A DNA stretch of 64,000 bases, taken from Plasmodiophora brassicae. Lineage: Eukaryota. Numbering within the stretch: the stretch's first letter is position 1; every line of letters starts with the position of its first letter. This document shows positions 58,941 to 64,000 of this stretch, one piece after another. Made by a program: the position numbers and the translations under genes. The stretch lies in contig CP145411.1 of NCBI GenBank assembly GCA_036867785.1, positions 1,426,001 to 1,490,000 of the forward strand. The letters are read 5' to 3'. The notes beneath the pieces were generated by a model that was not told the origin of the DNA, searched no databases, and saw only the letters and a list, made by a program, of their open reading frames with translations.

Positions 58941-59157
58941 TTCCCTCTCTCCCTATCTGACAGGCCGCTCCCTTGTTTATGTTTGATTATACACTTGAAG
59001 CGTGATGGATGTGTCTGCTTGGCGCCGGTCGGCTCGGCGCTGGCCGTCGAGAATGATCTGGAAGACTGCCATGGGCGAGATCCGCCCGAGAGTCAGCCAG
59101 CGCTACGCTGACGGGCATCGCCGTCATTGTTTGTTGCCAGGGCAGGCAGCAGCGCAG

Positions 59158-61810
59158 ATGGAGAAGCAGGCGGGGGATCACGCGGTCGACGCCGCCGTGC
59201 CGTCCAGCGTCGTGGACCGCGAGGTCGTCAAGCTGGAGATGGCGAAACTGAGGCGCGACTCCGGCCTTCTCGATGACGTGTTCGACTCGGACGATTTCCT
59301 CCACGACGACATGGGGGACCAGATGCGCTGGCAGTTCCCGACCGCCCTTCGAAGTCATCGCGCCGCCGACCTCAAGAGCGCCGCTGCCGAGTACTTTGCC
59401 GACGAAGACGGTACGGCCGAGCCGTGCCCGTTCACACAGTGCCGCGAGCTGATCGCCAGTTAGAGGCCCGGGTTCACGTGAAAGTTGCCACCGGTTTGCT
59501 GGCCTGGTTCCGGAAGCGCCTACTACCCATTGCGGTCATGCTGCTCTCGTTGTTGGCGACTCTGGTAGGCGTCGATTACGCCCCGTTCGGCCATGCCGTC
59601 TGGCCTAACCGCGGATGCAGATCGTGTGGTTCGCGATTGACCCTGGGAGTACAATCCGGCTTGGAAACGACGTGCCGATCTGGCTGTGGACCGCCCTGCC
59701 TGGCATGGTACGACGTTCGTTCGCGTGTCGTCCCGTTGTTCAACGGGGGCGCGCGCAGGTCATACTGGTGTTCCTGGTGTGCACGTTGATCGAGAACGCG
59801 TTCCTGTCCGGCGTGCGCGTCTTGTTCCCGAAGCCGACGTACTTTGTCGTCCTCGTCCTCGCCGAGCTGCGAAGCTACCTGCGCCTCGTCATGTTCACTG
59901 CCTCGCTGGACCGTGATCCATGCGTCCGCCATTGTCGCAGGCAGACCCGCTGACCAACTCCTGCAGTGGTCCTGATCGGATGGTTCAACAAGTATGGCGG
60001 AGCGGGGGCATCCCTGAATGGCGTCGAGGCGTTCATCCGCAGTTGGTCTGTACCATGGCCGCCTCTCTTGCCAGAAGGCGCCTTGCTCTGACATTTAGCG
60101 CTCGTCAGCCTGATATCGGTCTACACGGTTGCCATCCTGATTGTCATTCGCAACGCGCTGCTGGGATTCCTCGAGTTCTCGGTGACGAAGAGGAATTTCG
60201 CCAAGGAGATCTACGACGTCAACTTTGAGGTCGACACGTTGCAGCGGCTGTGGTGCGACAGCGACGCCGACAGACAGGTGCCGGTTGCACTCTATTGATA
60301 GCAATTGACTCAAATCGCCTGTGTGTTAGGATCTAAAGGCGATGTGGAAGAGCGACGATCGCCGCAGGCAGTTTATGTACAGGGTCGTAACGATTCGCGA
60401 TCATCCCATGCAGCTGAACGTAGAGAGCATTGTCGAGGAGCATAGTACGTTCGTTGCTATCGCTACGAGTGGCCGCCCTATCGAGCGTCGTTGGCAGAGA
60501 CGACATGGAGGTTTTCGACTGCGGACGTGGTCGAGATCCAAACGCCGAAAGAGATGGGCTACATCGCTGACGTTATGTTTGAACGGCTGTCGCGAACGTA
60601 CGAGGACGACGACGTCGCCTATATCGGCGAACGGGAATGGCAGCCGTATTTCAAGGACCTTCGCGAAGCGAAACGGGCCTTTATCGCCCTGTTCCACTCG
60701 AACGCCGCCTCCATGAACCGGCACGCCGTGACCAGAGACGAGTTCATCGGGTGCCTTGTCAAGGCGTTCAAGGCGCGGATGTCGCTGTCCAGTCGCCTGC
60801 AGGCCGCCAAGAACGTGTACAACCTGGTCAAGACGCTCGCGGAACTGTTCTTCTGGATCATCATGTGCGTCCCCCGCCTGTGATCGCCGAATGACGTTGC
60901 ACTGATCGTTGGGCGCCCCCTAGGCTGTTCGTCATTGCGACGAATTTCGGGTTCGATGTCGGGCAGGTCGTGACAGCCGCGTCCGCGTTTGTCATTTCGT
61001 TCGGTTCGCCTACGTTGCTTCGGAGACGGTGCCGGCCGTTGCTGACGTGACTGTTCGCCAGCGTTTGCAACCAGCCTGAGCCTGAGCCGCGCTGTCGAAT
61101 CCATCCTGTTCGTGTTCGGGTCGCAGCCGTTCCAGGTCAACGACACGATCATGATTGATGGGAAATGGTACCCGGCCAGGCTCTGCGGCCAGCCGGCAAT
61201 GCCTGACCGAAACCGGGGTGTGCAGGTTCGTCGTGGAATCCATTGGCATACTGGAGACGCGGGTGCGGGACGGGTCGAACCTCGTGTTCCGGTACAGCAA
61301 CAAGGGCCTGGCCGACGCCATCGTCGCCAACGTGGCCATGTCGCGTCATGCGATCTGTGTGATGACGACGCAGATCTCGATCGACACCACCGTCGAGCAG
61401 CTGGAATCGCTGCGCGTCGCCATCAGCAAGTACACCAGCCTGAACGCGACGGTGTGGAAGGTCGGGCGCGTCGCCCTGTACCAGAACGCGCTATCGGACG
61501 TGAACGGGATCCAGCTGGAGGTTCGTTTCGCCCGACACTGCCATTCGTCAGGCGCTGACTCCACAATCGTCAGATCCGGGTGGAGAGCCTCATTGAGTGG
61601 AGCGAACGGAACGCGTTCCGGCTGGCCGAGTTCCCGCTGAAGTCGTACATCTGCCAGGCGATGACCCGGCTGGCGATCATGTACCGCAACCCCATCTCGC
61701 CGTCTGTCACGATCGCGGAGGTGCCCTCGCCCAGCGCTGGGCTCAAGAGCATGCGACACCTGGCGTCGCCGAGTCCCAAAGCCGCCCGCTCCGACTCGTA
61801 CCCAATCTAA
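59158..61810 (+). CDS. MscS-like mechanosensitive channel (eukaryotic MSL type), multi-exon
   Basis: Several TM exons, then AFKARMSLSSRLQ, SILFVFGSQPFQVNDTIMIDG and FVVESIGILETRV.......RYSNKGL....VANV..S. Confidence 0.8.
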
Positions 61811-62022
61811 TAGGCGAATGTTCGTTCGTAACCACGCCGGTACACTGTTAGTCGGGGGCTGTTGCATAGTTGTATATTACTGGAATAGAGGTGAACGGGG
61901 ACACCTCGTCGGTTCAGGCGGGCTGGTTTGTATCAGTCCCGGGAAAGGAAGAGCACATCGGACATTGACAGTCGGTATGGTGTACATCCCTGTCAGCAGG
62001 GGGTGGCGGTTCTAGACACGCT

Positions 62023-62900
62023 TTATAGCGGTACGAGGGCGCGTTCCGAAGACCTAGCCGCCGCCGCCGCCGTCTTGAGCGTACTCAGGGTCGTCTGCGG
62101 GGGCGTCAGCCAGATGGGCGCAGGTTCAACGTGCAATGGGTTCGTGGCGCCGACAACGGGGGTGGCCAGATGACGGGACAGGATCATCGGGCTCATGGTC
62201 GGCGTTGGCATCATTGGCATCGGGTGCGGGGACCCGGCCAGCCACAACGCGCTTTCCAGGATCGGCGACGACTGGAAGTACACCAGGGATGACGCCACCT
62301 CGATGGACACCTCGTACAGCGACTTGATTGCATAGATGTTCGGGTTCGCCGGCGTCGGCGGGTCGCATCGGCGAACCTTGGCGGCGTTGTCATGCCGCGC
62401 TGGCACCGGATCGCTGCCTCGCGAACGTCGCCGTCGCCCACTGATGACCTGCTTGGCGACTTCCCTGGCGACCGCGTTCGTGTTTGGTGACGTGGACACT
62501 GCTTTCCTTCTGACCTTGTCTGAGCCACGACGGTGTTATGAGCGCCACGACAGGCACACGTTCGGGACGTACCGATGTAGTCGACGCAGGGTTGCGAATA
62601 GTTGTGGAACCCGAGGTGGCGGAACGCGAACAGGATGTCGTCGCTCTCGATGGTCGACTCAGGGCGCCCGTGGTCCGATGCTTCGCTCGTCAGGAAGCAG
62701 ATGAACTCGCAGACGCACCGCTGCACGGCACGTTCCGCATCCGTCGACACGGACGCGCCCGGCGGCAGCGCGCGTCTCATGACCTCGGCGATCTTCTCCA
62801 CCGGCAGCAACGGGTCGTCGTCGTCGCCGTGCGCGTCGGCAACACCGGCGAACGACATCAGCGCGGCGCACGCCTCGTCGTCGACGACTTGTGCCATCAT
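62023..62900 (-). CDS. NF-YB/HAP3-like histone-fold transcription factor subunit (2 exons)
   Basis: LLPVEKIAEVMRRALPPGASVSTDAERAVQRCVCEFICFLTSEASD......IESDDILFAFRHLGFHNY, followed by a Pro-rich second exon. Confidence 0.85.
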
Positions 62901-63663
62901 GGCGCGCGTCCGGAGCGTAACACGTTATGTGGACAAATGGGCCACCCCTGCCGGCCCATTGGGGACCCCACGGGATCCGTGGCGGACTCCGCGGCGCGAT
63001 CATCACCGCCGCCCCCTCCCCCCTGGGACGCCATTCCCGGACACACACCAGCCCCAGGCCGCGCATCTTGCCAACCCGGGGGACGGTAACCTACGTACCA
63101 ACGCCGCCGACGCCGACGTCGTGCACGTCACCCGTCCGTCCCTGCGCGTCGACCGAGCGTTAGGTAGCGGTCGTCGAAGATGGTGTTGCCAATGGTCGGC
63201 AGGAGGTTAGCGAGGTGGGCGTCGCGTGACGTCGGCGTCGTTGACGCGAGGGGAGCATTTATAGCTCCGGAGGGGTCCGAATCGGGGTGCATCGGCTGAG
63301 AGGGTTGGGAACAGCCGCCCGGTTCGTTTCGCGGTGGGTGGCAGTCGCCAGCTCTGTCTGCCGCGGTCGCGATGTTCTAGGACCGAGCAGCATTGGGCAG
63401 CACAACGCGAGACCCAAGTGAACCTGCGGGCCACTCTGATGGGCCCCGTAGCACAGTGACGTGCCCAGCCGCCCAACAACCCGATATACCTGGCCCGGTT
63501 TGCTGCTGCCTCCACCAACCGCCTTCGTGTCTAAGGACGTTCGGCTAGCGCTGCCCATGACATCATGCTCTTAATAATCGGGACGAGCCTGTAGCAATTG
63601 GGGAGCTGGTCCTGGGAGTTTCTTGGCATTACAGCAGGATGTTACGTCCCGTCGTGTGGTTGG

Positions 63664-64000
63664 TTACGCGTTGAACACGTCATGTTCAGTCGCGCGACGT
63701 CGAGACGAACAGTCGTAGATGACGGCCAATGTCATTAGTAACACAGCGAGGGCAACGGTGACGGCGCCCGCCATGATGGGCAGACGATACTCTGGGGCGA
63801 CGTAGAGGCGCGGCAGGGGTTTCGAATTGAGAAGACGTTGGTCGTTGGTTGGTGCTGGTTCTGCCCTAGATGCGTAGCGAGCTCCCAGACCGAACCCAGC
63901 GGCAGCAGTGGCAAGGCTCGCCACCAACAGCGGCTTCGATGCCGCCTGACGTTTGTTTTGGTCGATCGCCGGCACTGACCTCGACCACCGGGTGGTAAGC
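63664..64000 (-). CDS. 3' end of a hypothetical membrane protein (runs off the window)
   Basis: Two hydrophobic segments (PLLVASLATAAAGFGLGA; IMAGAVTVALAVLLMTLAVIY) followed by a basic tail and TAA. Confidence 0.55.
   Translation of the reverse strand, partial: LTTRWSRSVPAIDQNKRQAASKPLLVASLATAAAGFGLGARYASRAEPAPTNDQRLLNSKPLPRLYVAPEYRLPIMAGAVTVALAVLLMTLAVIYDCSSRRRATEHDVFNA

Noticed and set aside
62930-63600. GC-rich non-coding stretch considered as RNase P/MRP or other structured RNA
   Set aside because: Conserved P4 or other diagnostic motifs were not found. It may be UTR or promoter.

Overview
Gene-dense, GC-rich eukaryotic DNA with many short (about 50-70 nt) GT-AG introns and intergenic gaps often under 100 bp. 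The flagellar assembly gene, compact layout and intron style suggest a zoosporic protist, possibly a phytomyxid such as Plasmodiophora (inference only). About 30 protein-coding genes can be read, mostly housekeeping: GCN2 3' end, NLE1, GBF1-type ARF-GEF, mitochondrial IF2, rhomboid, DNAAF1, HIBCH, Spt20, NR2C2AP, ERCC6/CSB, Josephin, ProRS, mitochondrial Hsp70, MscS-like and NF-YB. Two transposon relics are present (MULE transposase, Ty3/Gypsy integrase). The most unusual region is 1.0-8.1 kb: a tandem array of three intronless, membrane-anchored USP deubiquitinases. One carries an extra catalytically dead USP domain, one is followed by an eroded relic of that domain behind an apparent premature stop, and one has a USP30-like Cys-His-Ser triad. 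Other highlights are a DWD/WD40-BTB-Kelch-BTB fusion directly downstream of CSB and five TGACTCA (AP-1/GCN4-type) sites around an 82-aa ORF. Family assignments come from motif recognition by eye, not database searches. Exon boundaries and some start codons are approximate. No rRNA, tRNA or CRISPR array was recognised.
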